Part shown: in pieces, positions 19,525-28,498 of the stretch
Layout: each line of letters begins with the position of its first letter
How positions within the stretch are numbered: the stretch's first letter is position 1
Assembly (NCBI GenBank): GCA_944381315.1
Contig: CALWKR010000020.1
Location: 1-55,209 of the forward strand
Length of the DNA stretch: 55,209 nt
Reading direction: 5' to 3'
Source of the DNA: an uncultured Christensenellaceae bacterium
GTDB lineage: Bacteria; Bacillota; Clostridia; Christensenellales; UBA3700
Translations under genes and position numbers: made by a program
The notes under the pieces: model-generated
Told to the model about the DNA's origin: nothing
Seen by the model: the letters and a program-made list of their open reading frames with translations, nothing else
Databases searched by the model: none

Positions 19525-19553
19525 ATTATATAAAAGCTCCGAGCAGATGTCAA
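19525..19553 (-). promoter_or_regulatory. Consensus sigma-A promoter; leaderless rarA transcript predicted
   Basis: TTGACA-N17-TATAAT-N6-ATG; no SD. Confidence 0.75.
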
Positions 19554-19768
19554 CAACAACGGCGCGCAAGCCTACCGTCGGCGCTCTTTTTGCGGGCTGC
19601 GCTCGAAGAAAGGCGAAAATTTGCCTCGAATGTGCAATTTTGGGCGACCTGTTTTGATTTTTTTGTAAAATTTTTCGCATTTTGCTTGTATTTTCAAGGA
19701 CGGTATTGCAATGCACGATGTGCAATGATATAATAATGATATATGGGCAACGCGCCCAAGGAGGAACT

Positions 19769-20911
19769 ATGAAAAAATTCGCAAAGATATTCGTGTGCGT
19801 ATTGGTCGTCGCGGCTTTCGCCGTCATGGCTTTTGCCTGCAACGGCGACAGCGGCAACGAGAACAACGACAAAAAGCCCGTCGCAGAACCTCATGAGATC
19901 ACCGTCTCCGCTCCCGACGGCGTCGACGTCACGACTAGCGCGTCAAGCGCGACCGAGGGCGTCGTCGTCACCGTCACGGTCGACGCTCCCGCTTGGTATG
20001 AAGTCACCGGCGTCACCGCAGGCGACGCAACCTGCACGAGCGGTGCGGACGGCTACACCTTTACCATGCCCGACGAGGACGTCGAGGTCGTCGTCACGGT
20101 CGCCGACTCCGGAGTCGACGTCAACGAGGCGGACGGCATGACTTGGGTCACCGCTCCGAGCCAGATCGCCCCCAACTCCTACAACAGTCAATACTTTGAG
20201 GTTTCGTTCGGAAATACTGCCGTGACCAACACCATCACCCAAGAAGGCATGTCCAATGTCCGAGTCGTCTCCACCAATCAAGCCGTCATCCCCGAGGACG
20301 CGATCTCGGGCGTTGATTCTACGAACGACGGAGCTTCCGCTTTCGGAGCAGTCTTTGGGATCGACTTGTCGCAGGTCGCCATCGGCTCTACGACGCTGAT
20401 CTTCACCGATACCCAGCATGACCGCACGATCGCCAAGTACGTCACCGTCTGCGAGGCGGGCACCATACAGCCCGAGCGCGCCTGCGTCGCCGAATTGACC
20501 ATTCAATTCAACGACATCGTCCAAGACGCCGATCTCGGCGACTTCACCGCCGACAACGTAGTTGTCCTCATCTCCGTCAACGACCAAGACTACATCTACG
20601 GCACCGATCCCGAATACGGCAAGCAATATGCTCAACAGCGCTTTGTATTGTCGTCCGAGGGCAGCCACTTGATGAACGTATCCATCCTCAAAGACCACTC
20701 CTACACCGTCAACGCGTCGCTGTGGGGATTTGAAGAAGGCGAAGATCCCGAGACTGCACAGCTCCAACAGCTCTACACCGGTCAGTCGCTCAAGATCTAT
20801 AACAACGTAAATTCCGCCTATTCGCTCACGACGGCGACGGGCAACTCCGTCAGCATGGAGATCTATGATCTCGCAAATCCGGAGATCTTGATCTCGCTGT
20901 ACATCGAGTAA
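19769..20911 (+). CDS. Lipoprotein with an N-terminal InlB-like/bacterial repeat domain, function unknown
   Basis: AGGAGG RBS; lipobox AFA-C; YTFTMPDEDVEV repeat signature; TTGCAA-N17-TATAAT upstream. Confidence 0.8.
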   Translation: MKKFAKIFVCVLVVAAFAVMAFACNGDSGNENNDKKPVAEPHEITVSAPDGVDVTTSASSATEGVVVTVTVDAPAWYEVTGVTAGDATCTSGADGYTFTMPDEDVEVVVTVADSGVDVNEADGMTWVTAPSQIAPNSYNSQYFEVSFGNTAVTNTITQEGMSNVRVVSTNQAVIPEDAISGVDSTNDGASAFGAVFGIDLSQVAIGSTTLIFTDTQHDRTIAKYVTVCEAGTIQPERACVAELTIQFNDIVQDADLGDFTADNVVVLISVNDQDYIYGTDPEYGKQYAQQRFVLSSEGSHLMNVSILKDHSYTVNASLWGFEEGEDPETAQLQQLYTGQSLKIYNNVNSAYSLTTATGNSVSMEIYDLANPEILISLYIE

Positions 20912-20958
20912 AAAACGTGCGCGTCCCAAACAGGGCGCGCGTCGGATAGCACAAACGA

Positions 20959-20994
20959 GAGGCGTTCTCTGTTCGGGAGAACGCCTCGCTTTTT
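20959..20994. terminator. Terminator between convergent genes
   Basis: GAGGCGTTCTC...GAGAACGCCTC followed by a T-tract. Confidence 0.7.
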
Positions 20995-21012
20995 GTCTCA
21001 TTCCGTCGAGCT

Positions 21013-22167
21013 TCAGCCGAGGACGAGATCGACGAGATAGCTCGAGCCTATCAATACGGCGAGATACGAAAAGTTGATCAGCGAAAACAAGCCGAGATAG
21101 CGCAGCGTCCTGCCCGGCATACGCTTGCGGTACTCGCCGAGAGTGATGAGGCTGGCGAGCGACGAGATCGGCGTGCCCAAGCCGCCAATGTTGACGGCGA
21201 TCAACAGATGCCGATAGTCGTCGGTGAACCGCGACAGCAGCACCGCCGACGGCACATTGCTGATCACCTGACAAGTCGCCGTCCCGACGAGCAGCGGAGA
21301 CATCGCGACGAGCGAGCCGAGTGCGTCTCTGACAGCAGGGGTGCGCGCGAGATTGCCCGAAAAGACAAAGAACGCGCAGAACGTGAGCAACAAGCCGTAA
21401 TCCACGCGCAAGAAGCACTTGGGCTCCAAGACGAGCAGCGCGACCGTGACGACGATGAGCCCGATGTAGAACTCAAAGACGCGGAAGACTATCATCACCG
21501 ACAGCGCGAACAATATGAAATAGACGACCATGCGCCATGCCGGCGGGGCCGCTTCGGGCGACGCGGTCAGTCTGATCGGCTCGGGCTTGACGATCATGCA
21601 GGTACCTGCGATCAGCACGAAGGCGACCGCAAACGGGATCGCCATGATCGCAAAGAACTCCCCCGCTCCGATCGAGTAGTAAGAATAGAGATAGAGATTT
21701 TGCGGATTGCCGAACGGCGTGAGCATGCCTCCGAGGTTGGCGGCGACATTCTGCATCACAAAGACGAACGCCGCATAGCGAGTCTGTCCGCACGACGAGA
21801 GCACGAGCCAGCCGAGGGGCAAGAACGTGATCAGCGCCATATCGTTCGCCATCACCATGGATCCGAAATAGGTGACGAACACGAGCGCGAACGTCACGCG
21901 GCGCATGTTGCCGAACGCGGAGACGATCTTGACCGCCAGCCACTCAAAGAAACGGCGGCGTTTGAGCGCGCTGACGACGGCGAGCGTGCAGAACAGACAC
22001 GAGAGCGTGTCGAGGTCGAAGTAGTCCGCGTAGCCGCTGTCGGGCGGCACGAAAAAGCAAGTCACGGCCGCCGCGACGATCGCAACGATCAACACGATGC
22101 GGCTCTTCAATATCCCCTTGATCTGATACCATCTCGACGCCCTGGCGACGTCTTTGTCACTGTTCAT
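21013..22167 (-). CDS. ArsB/CitMHS/SLC13-type ion-transporter superfamily permease
   Basis: NDMALITFLP, AANLGGMLTPFGNPQNLYL, QVISNVPSA, VNIGGLGTPISSLASL. Confidence 0.85.
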   Translation of the reverse strand: MNSDKDVARASRWYQIKGILKSRIVLIVAIVAAAVTCFFVPPDSGYADYFDLDTLSCLFCTLAVVSALKRRRFFEWLAVKIVSAFGNMRRVTFALVFVTYFGSMVMANDMALITFLPLGWLVLSSCGQTRYAAFVFVMQNVAANLGGMLTPFGNPQNLYLYSYYSIGAGEFFAIMAIPFAVAFVLIAGTCMIVKPEPIRLTASPEAAPPAWRMVVYFILFALSVMIVFRVFEFYIGLIVVTVALLVLEPKCFLRVDYGLLLTFCAFFVFSGNLARTPAVRDALGSLVAMSPLLVGTATCQVISNVPSAVLLSRFTDDYRHLLIAVNIGGLGTPISSLASLITLGEYRKRMPGRTLRYLGLFSLINFSYLAVLIGSSYLVDLVLG

Positions 22168-22213
22168 AACACTCCTTCTCTCCGACAAAAACTCAAACTA
22201 TCGACACGGGCGC

Positions 22214-22954
22214 CTAAATTTCGACAGCCTCGCCGCCTTGGGCGAGGATGATCTTGTGTCGCCTCTCGCGCAGTATCGCCGCAAGATCGCGCTCATCCTT
22301 AGGCGCGCGCGGCAACACCGTGCCGCCGCCCTCTCCGCCGCGGTAGTGGAAGTCGCTGCCGCCGGTCGGGACAAGTCCCGTGCGCTTGCACAATTCGAGC
22401 GCAAGCGCGTTGCGCGAATCGTGTCCCGGATGCGTATTGGCGACCTCTATGCCGTGCAAAAAACGCACGTCCATGACGTCGCAGATCTCGCGATAGGGAT
22501 GCGCCTGCACGAGCAATATGCCGCGCTCGTCGCACCAACGGAACAGTTGCTCTTGATCCATCGTCAAAAAGCTCTGCCCGTACTCTCTCAGCTCGTCTGC
22601 GGTGACGCCGTAGAGCAGATATTCGGCATACGGATGACCGGGCTTGTAATAAGTCACCTGATCGGGCGAGACTTCCGCGCCTGCGAACACGTCTATCCCG
22701 AACGCGGCGCACTCGTCTTTGAGCTCAAAAAAGTCGCGCAGATAGCACCCCATCACTCCCCTCGACAGCCTCTTCCACGGCGGCGCGACATAGCCGTAGA
22801 GATCGTTGCGGTTGAGGTGGTTGGTGCAGACGATGCCGTCGTAGCCTGCGTCCGCATAGATCCGCGCGATATCCTTGGGGCACTCCTTGCCGCAATCGCT
22901 GTTGCGAGAAGTGTGCAGATGCATCTCCAATTTGTAGCCTCGAGTCTCTTGCAT
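22214..22954 (-). CDS. PHP-domain metal-dependent phosphoesterase
   Basis: EMHLHT..SD, TNH, AHPYR, GGSDFH; GGAGG RBS; TTGACA-N17-TAGAAT upstream. Confidence 0.85.
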   Translation of the reverse strand: MQETRGYKLEMHLHTSRNSDCGKECPKDIARIYADAGYDGIVCTNHLNRNDLYGYVAPPWKRLSRGVMGCYLRDFFELKDECAAFGIDVFAGAEVSPDQVTYYKPGHPYAEYLLYGVTADELREYGQSFLTMDQEQLFRWCDERGILLVQAHPYREICDVMDVRFLHGIEVANTHPGHDSRNALALELCKRTGLVPTGGSDFHYRGGEGGGTVLPRAPKDERDLAAILRERRHKIILAQGGEAVEI

Positions 22955-23041
22955 ATCTCCTCCGTCCCCCTGTCCGTGCGATATTCTACCACCGCCGCAT
23001 AACTCTGTCAACAAAGCGCGCGCGATTGATGCGCGCCAAAC

Positions 23042-23072
23042 AAAAAAAGCACCGCCCCGAAAGGGACGGTGC
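23042..23072 (-). terminator. Intrinsic terminator after the GH18 gene
   Basis: GCACCGTCCC-tttc-GGGGCGGTGC-TTTTTTT on the minus strand. Confidence 0.75.
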
Positions 23073-23087
23073 GGCCGTTGCAACGCG

Positions 23088-24611
23088 TCAGCGCTCTATG
23101 TATCTGTCAAGAGCGTTCTCTATCCCCCTCGCGACGGAGTCGGGATGATCCATCGTCTTGTCGCACGCGAGCCTGAACACCATAACGCCGCCTGCGCCGC
23201 TCAACAGCGCATATGCGGTCTTATCCCCTGCGAGCGCGGGCGCGCAGAACGTGAAGTCGGCGAGCTGTCCTTCGCAGACGACGTTGTATTGCATGCTGTT
23301 CCAATAGTCCTCGCGCTCGACATCGCGCCAATTGGCCCAATACGTCGCGCCGTCCACAGGTCTGCCGTATGCGGCGATGCCGATGTTGATCTGTTCGAGC
23401 TTGACGCCCTTGTCGAGGAAGTCGAGCAGTCCTATTTGAGCCTGCTCCAGCGACGACTGATAGCCGTCCTCGTCGTTGCCGTCATACGCCATATATTGGA
23501 TCTGATCGAATCGCGCGAGCGTATCTTCGCTCATCCCGAGCGCTCCCGCCGAGAGCGCGGCGGACAAGATCGCGTCCTGCTTGAATTCCTTCATCCCGTC
23601 GTCAAGACGCGCGATGAAGTTGTCATAGCACTTCCAATCGTCCTTGGACTGCGGATATTCCCAATCAATGTCTATGCCGTCGAGGTCGTACTTCTTCATG
23701 AACGCGACGATCTGATCGGCGACACTGCTCCAATGCTCCGCCATGAACACGTTTACGCCGGTATGCCCTGCGCCGCCCGCGCCGTCGGCGAGCGCCGTGC
23801 AGACGATCTTGACTTCGTGATCGAGATCGCTGCGGCGACCGATCAACTCTTTGAGCGCGGCGAGCTCGCGCGCAAAGCCCTCTTCGCCGTCTTCGAAGCC
23901 GAAGGTCATCTCTCCCTCTTGCCAATTGACTGCGCCGAAGATGAGCACGGTGTCATAGACGTCGTAATAGCGCGCATAGGTCGCGATCTCCTCGTCGGAG
24001 CGCTGCAAGATCTCGGACGGCACGTCGCCGTCGAGGCGCTGATAGACGGTGACGTTGAAGTCGTCGGCGGCGCGCTTGGGCTCGTTGTACAGTTGGATGC
24101 TGTCTATCTTGGCGCCGCCTCCGCGGAACTTGTCGATCGACAGCCTGATCGCGTCGGCGGTCACGGCGTCAAAACTCATCAATCTGAGAGATTGGATCTT
24201 TTCGCTCTGATAGACGACTTGCCACTCGCCGTCCACGCGCGCCATCAGTCTGAAATATTGCACCTCGTTGCCGACTTCGCGGACGACGGCGGTGTTGAAC
24301 GTGCGCTCGCCGCCGAGATCGATCTCGACATAGCTGTTGCAGACTTCGGGCTGTCCGTCGGCAGGATCGCGGTCGGGATAGGACGGAGTCCAGCATTTGC
24401 CGTCGACGGCAAGGATGTTTTGGGCGTCGGCGCGCTCGTTCTTTTTGAGCGTTTCGTAGGTGACGGAGCAAGCTCCGTCGATGAGGTTGGGTGAAGAAAA
24501 TTGCGGTTGGACAAAGTCGTCCGCACTCGGCGTACAGCCGAACAAGAGAGTTCCGCCTATCGCGACGAGCATGGCGAGCACAAAGAGCCGCAGGCAAGAC
24601 TTGGTTCTCAT
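23088..24611 (-). CDS. GH18 lipoprotein (chitinase/endo-beta-N-acetylglucosaminidase family) with an N-terminal discoidin-like domain
   Basis: Lipobox LFG-C; catalytic DLDGIDIDWEYP; YMAYD; AAGGAGG RBS; TTGAAA-N17-TATCAT promoter. Confidence 0.88.
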   Translation of the reverse strand: MRTKSCLRLFVLAMLVAIGGTLLFGCTPSADDFVQPQFSSPNLIDGACSVTYETLKKNERADAQNILAVDGKCWTPSYPDRDPADGQPEVCNSYVEIDLGGERTFNTAVVREVGNEVQYFRLMARVDGEWQVVYQSEKIQSLRLMSFDAVTADAIRLSIDKFRGGGAKIDSIQLYNEPKRAADDFNVTVYQRLDGDVPSEILQRSDEEIATYARYYDVYDTVLIFGAVNWQEGEMTFGFEDGEEGFARELAALKELIGRRSDLDHEVKIVCTALADGAGGAGHTGVNVFMAEHWSSVADQIVAFMKKYDLDGIDIDWEYPQSKDDWKCYDNFIARLDDGMKEFKQDAILSAALSAGALGMSEDTLARFDQIQYMAYDGNDEDGYQSSLEQAQIGLLDFLDKGVKLEQINIGIAAYGRPVDGATYWANWRDVEREDYWNSMQYNVVCEGQLADFTFCAPALAGDKTAYALLSGAGGVMVFRLACDKTMDHPDSVARGIENALDRYIER

Positions 24612-24790
24612 AATTCCTCCTTTTCGAGACAATGATAACATAAGTCGGAGGATATTTCAAGATATATTCGCAAGATCGCGAGCGTCGGATATGCATTTTT
24701 GCTCAATGCGATCGGCAATGTCTCGCCGTTCGCTTGATTTGCAACGGCTCTCGTTCTTTGCAAAAAAACGAGCGCATTTGCTGCGCTCCA

Positions 24791-24939
24791 AAAAACCGAG
24801 GCGATAGTTTAACCCCGCTGGTAAGCAGGTGGGTATGCTGTGTCGAAGTTCTGTAATCCTCAACGGGGAGGCACGCCATCCCTCCGCCAACTCCGCATTC
24901 CCGTATTGATTTCTGCGGTTACACGCATCGCTTCGGTCA
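24791..24939 (-). ncRNA. ssrS: 6S RNA-like ncRNA
   Basis: TTGAAA-N17-TATAAT promoter at 24945-24973; 5' ACCGAAGCGAT pairs with 3' ATCGCCTCGGT plus a T-tract; Clostridial 6S-like ACCCACCTGC...AGCGGGGTTAAA segment; no ORF. Confidence 0.75.
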
Positions 24940-25067
24940 ACTATATTATATCCTATCTATCGCAAGATTTCAATACCCTTTTTGCAAATTTTACATTTGA
25001 CTCAAAAATTGATCGTCAAATCGTTGATTTTGCAAAATTTCCGTCGTTTCATAGCGAAATAAATTGC

Positions 25068-25892
25068 TCACTCCGCGCTATTTTCGCCGTTCTCCGCCGC
25101 GTCGCCGCCGTTTTGCGAGTCGACGGCACCGCTCTTTTCCTCGCTCTTCGGCTTCTCTTTTTGCTTCTTGCCGCTCTTCTTGTCCTTCTTTTCGGGCTTG
25201 GCGACTTGCGCTCCAAGACGCTCTGCGAGCTTGAGCGACTCCGCTTCTGCCTCTTTCCTCTCCTCTTTTTCGCGATCCCTGATCGCCTTGCGCTCCTCCT
25301 TGGAGAGCTTGGGCTGTTCCTTGGCTTGCTTTGCCGCCTCGGCAAGCGACTGCTTGGCCTTGGCGCGCCTGTCCGCCCTCTCCTCCTTGGTCAGCAAGAA
25401 GTCCGCCCAGCCCTCGGGCTCAGGCGGATTTTTGGCACAGGTGTCGATTATGCCCTTGATGCGTTCTATCTCCCTGTCGACTTCTTCGCATCCGGTATCC
25501 CCGTTCTTAGCGATAGCGACGGCTGTCAGTCCATAGCAGACCACGCCCATCGCGTGCTTCGGCGTATGCACTACGGACGCCGCCTGCGCCACCGCTCGCG
25601 CCGCCGCGCAAGCCGTAGGGCTGTATGCCGCCCGCGCCGCCGAATGCGCCGCGAGGATCTTGATCTTGGCGGCAGGCATCTTGATCCGTCCCTTTGCCCA
25701 AAGCGCTGCGGCTCCCATCGCCTCGCGCACGCTCGAACGGTGCCTCTCCTCTGCGAGCTCATAGAGCTTGCAATATTTTTCGGCGATCGTCAAAGCCGCG
25801 ACTATCGCCGCGCGCCGTCCGCAATTCGCGAACGCCTGCGACACTTCGGCGAGTTTTGCGTCGTTGGGAGCAAAGAGCAGCTTTTTTCTCAT
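25068..25892 (-). CDS. Imm5-like helical protein with a Lys/Glu-rich C-terminal tail
   Basis: REA..AA.LWAKG.IKM..AK..ILAAH.AAR......A.AAARAVAQAASVVHT..HA pattern; ATGA overlap with deoC. Confidence 0.65.
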   Translation of the reverse strand: MRKKLLFAPNDAKLAEVSQAFANCGRRAAIVAALTIAEKYCKLYELAEERHRSSVREAMGAAALWAKGRIKMPAAKIKILAAHSAARAAYSPTACAAARAVAQAASVVHTPKHAMGVVCYGLTAVAIAKNGDTGCEEVDREIERIKGIIDTCAKNPPEPEGWADFLLTKEERADRRAKAKQSLAEAAKQAKEQPKLSKEERKAIRDREKEERKEAEAESLKLAERLGAQVAKPEKKDKKSGKKQKEKPKSEEKSGAVDSQNGGDAAENGENSAE

Positions 25893-26509
25893 AATCTTGC
25901 GCTGGCTCCTATCCTCGTCGCGCCTGCGGAGATGAACGCCTCGGCGGTCGCGGCGTCGCGTATGCCTCCGGCGGCTTTTATGCCGCAGTTGCCGCAGTTG
26001 CGGCGGATAATGTCGACTGCGTGCAATGTCGCGCCCGACTTGGAAAAGCCCGTGCTCGTCTTGACGATGTCGGCGCCTGCACGCACGCATACGCGCGTCG
26101 CCGCCGCTATCTCGTCGTCGGTCAGCAGACACTCTTCGATGATGACTTTGAGCGTGACGCCGCAAGCCTTTTTCACTGCGGCGATGTCGCGCTCGGCATA
26201 TTCGAGATCGCCCTCTTTTATCGCGCCGATCGCGATGACCATATCTATCTCGTCCGCGCCGTCGCGCACAGCCGTCTCCGCTTCAAAAGCCTTGACTTGG
26301 GTCGCCGCCGCGCCGAGAGGGAATCCCACGACGCACGCGACTCCGACGCCGCTGCCCTGCAACTGCCGCTTGCACTGCGCGACGAATCTGCCGTTGACGC
26401 AGACGTTGGCGTAGCCCCGTTCACGCGCGACGTCGCACAGCTCGACGATGTCTGCGCCGGTCGCGTCGGGCTTCAGATCGGTGAAGTCTATGTACTTGGC
26501 AATATTCAT
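25889..26509 (-). CDS. deoC: Deoxyribose-phosphate aldolase
   Basis: VVGFPLGA, GADEIDMV, LKVIIE, VKTSTGF, KAAGGIR, RIGAS. Confidence 0.95.
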   Translation of the reverse strand: MNIAKYIDFTDLKPDATGADIVELCDVARERGYANVCVNGRFVAQCKRQLQGSGVGVACVVGFPLGAAATQVKAFEAETAVRDGADEIDMVIAIGAIKEGDLEYAERDIAAVKKACGVTLKVIIEECLLTDDEIAAATRVCVRAGADIVKTSTGFSKSGATLHAVDIIRRNCGNCGIKAAGGIRDAATAEAFISAGATRIGASARL

Positions 26510-27774
26510 AAGTCCTCCTTGTCTATCTTGCAAATTATCCTACTCTTGCGCGGCGGCTCTTGCGCCGCGATCGAAAACGCGTCCGCGAGCAATGCGGCGA
26601 GCTCTTCGTCGCCGGGGCGGCTGAAATACAGCGTCGCGAGCGGCATTCCGCGCTCCGCCCTGTCGCCGACCGCGACGTGCAGCCTTGCGCCGACTTCGGG
26701 CAGGATGGGATCGCCCTTGCGCTTGCGTCCGCCGCCCGCTTCCAGCACCGCGCGAGCGACTTTGAGCGCGTCGACATCCGCTACGTATCCGCTCTCGCGC
26801 GCCTCGACGGTGACGCTGTACTTTGCGACGGGCAGCCTGTCCAAACACCCGGGCTTGCCGCCCTGTGCCGCGATCATGCTCTCGAACTTGGCGTACGCCG
26901 CGCCCGACGCTATCGCGCGGTCAAAGGCTCCTCCGTCCACTCCGAGAGCGGCGCAAAGCGCCTTGGACACGTCATAGACTTCGCCCCTCTCTTCGCCGCG
27001 CAAAATGCGGAGCGCGCACTGCACTTCGATCGCGTTGCCTATACAATTTTCGAGCGGAGAGTCCATGTCGGTGACGAGCGCGGACACGTTGCTCCCTACG
27101 CGCGAGCCTATGCCGACCATGATCTTGGCGAGGGTCTCGGACTCTTCGCGCGTCTTCAAAAACGCGCCTCTGCCCGTCTTGACGTCGAGGACGATGTTGC
27201 GCGCGCCGGCTGCGAGCTTTTTGCTCATCACGGACGACGCGATCAGCGGAATGCTGTCCACGGTCGCGGTGACGTCGCGCAACGCATAGAGATATTTGTC
27301 CGCAGGGCAAAGGCTGTCCGTCTGCCCCGCGATCGCGATGCCTGTCTTGTCGATGATGTCAAAGAATTCTCTTTGCGAAAGATCGGTGCGCACGCCGTCG
27401 ACAGATTCCAGCTTGTCGAGCGTGCCACCCGTATGCCCAAGGCCTCTGCCGCTGAGCTTGGCGGCGATCTTGCCGCAAGCCGCGGCGACGGGCATGACGA
27501 TCAAGCTCGTGCCGTCGCCGACGCCGCCCGTCGAATGTTTGTCCACCGTCACGTCGCCGTAGCGCGAGAGATCTAGCGAACTGCCGCTTTGCAGCATAGC
27601 TCGGGTGAGCGTCGAAGTCTCGCGAAAGCTCATGCCGTTGATGACGATCGCCATCAGCAGCGCGGAATTTTGGTAATCGGCAAAGCTCTCCAAGCCGTCG
27701 ATCCAAAAGCCGATCTGCTCGTCGGTCAGTTCTTCGCCCCTGCGTTTTGCGGCAATGACGTCGGTGATCCTCAT
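26506..27774 (-). CDS. pdp: Pyrimidine-nucleoside/thymidine phosphorylase
   Basis: DKHSTGGVGD, SGRGLGHTGGTLDKLES, YALRDVTATV, SSVMSKKLA, LDVKTGRGAF. Confidence 0.95.
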   Translation of the reverse strand: MRITDVIAAKRRGEELTDEQIGFWIDGLESFADYQNSALLMAIVINGMSFRETSTLTRAMLQSGSSLDLSRYGDVTVDKHSTGGVGDGTSLIVMPVAAACGKIAAKLSGRGLGHTGGTLDKLESVDGVRTDLSQREFFDIIDKTGIAIAGQTDSLCPADKYLYALRDVTATVDSIPLIASSVMSKKLAAGARNIVLDVKTGRGAFLKTREESETLAKIMVGIGSRVGSNVSALVTDMDSPLENCIGNAIEVQCALRILRGEERGEVYDVSKALCAALGVDGGAFDRAIASGAAYAKFESMIAAQGGKPGCLDRLPVAKYSVTVEARESGYVADVDALKVARAVLEAGGGRKRKGDPILPEVGARLHVAVGDRAERGMPLATLYFSRPGDEELAALLADAFSIAAQEPPRKSRIICKIDKEDL

Positions 27775-28094
27775 GATGCTCCTCTCCTGCGTGCGATGCC
27801 GTCGCACAGCTGCTCTATCTCGTCGCGATCGCCGTCGGCGCTCGCGATGCGATAATAGAGATCTGCGTCGGTCGTGACTTCGGCGCGGACGTATCCCAGC
27901 TCGATCAGATCGGCTCTGACCTTGTCGAGGAATTCCCTCTTTTGGCTGAGCGAGAACATGGGCCGAGTCATCAGTCCCACGACTATGCGGTCATCCGCGG
28001 CGGCGATGCGCCAAGCGGTGACGGCGTCCAGCGAGGCGAGATAGCCCTCCGCGCTCGCGTATTGCACCTGTACGGTATGAATGTCGATGTCCAT
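27771..28094 (-). CDS. 107-aa hypothetical protein, weakly resembling the YhcN/YlaJ sporulation protein core
   Basis: IVVG...VTTDADLYYRI pattern; ATGA overlap with pdp; no signal peptide. Confidence 0.55.
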   Translation of the reverse strand: MDIDIHTVQVQYASAEGYLASLDAVTAWRIAAADDRIVVGLMTRPMFSLSQKREFLDKVRADLIELGYVRAEVTTDADLYYRIASADGDRDEIEQLCDGIARRRGAS

Positions 28095-28122
28095 ACCGAA
28101 AATATGCCCATGGCGCGGCTGT

Positions 28123-28482
28123 TTATTCTCTGCCTTCGTCGTATCGGGACACGTTGCCGCCGTCTCCCCAGAGCTGTTCGAGCGAATAGACCTTGCGCGT
28201 CTCCTCCTCGAAGATGTGGACAATGACGCTGCCGTAATCGAGCACTATCCACTTGCCGCCGCTCCTGCCTTCTGTGCGGAGCGCGCGCACGTCGTACTGC
28301 TTCTCCATTATCTCTTCGAGATTTTCGGACAGCGCCTTGACCTGAGTGGTCGAGCGGCCGCTCGCGATGACGAACCAGTCGGCGATCTCGGTCAGACCGT
28401 TGAGGTCGACGGTGGCGACGTCGACGGCTTTCTTTTCGTCCAGCGTCTTGCAAATCAAGTCTTTGAGTTGTGTAGTCTGCAT
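28123..28482 (-). CDS. rsfS: Ribosome silencing factor
   Basis: LDEKKAVDV..DL...TEIADWFVIASG.S..QV; WIVLDYGSVIVHIF....R..Y.LE.LW. Confidence 0.95.
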   Translation of the reverse strand: MQTTQLKDLICKTLDEKKAVDVATVDLNGLTEIADWFVIASGRSTTQVKALSENLEEIMEKQYDVRALRTEGRSGGKWIVLDYGSVIVHIFEEETRKVYSLEQLWGDGGNVSRYDEGRE

Positions 28483-28498
28483 ATATACTCCTTTGTCG

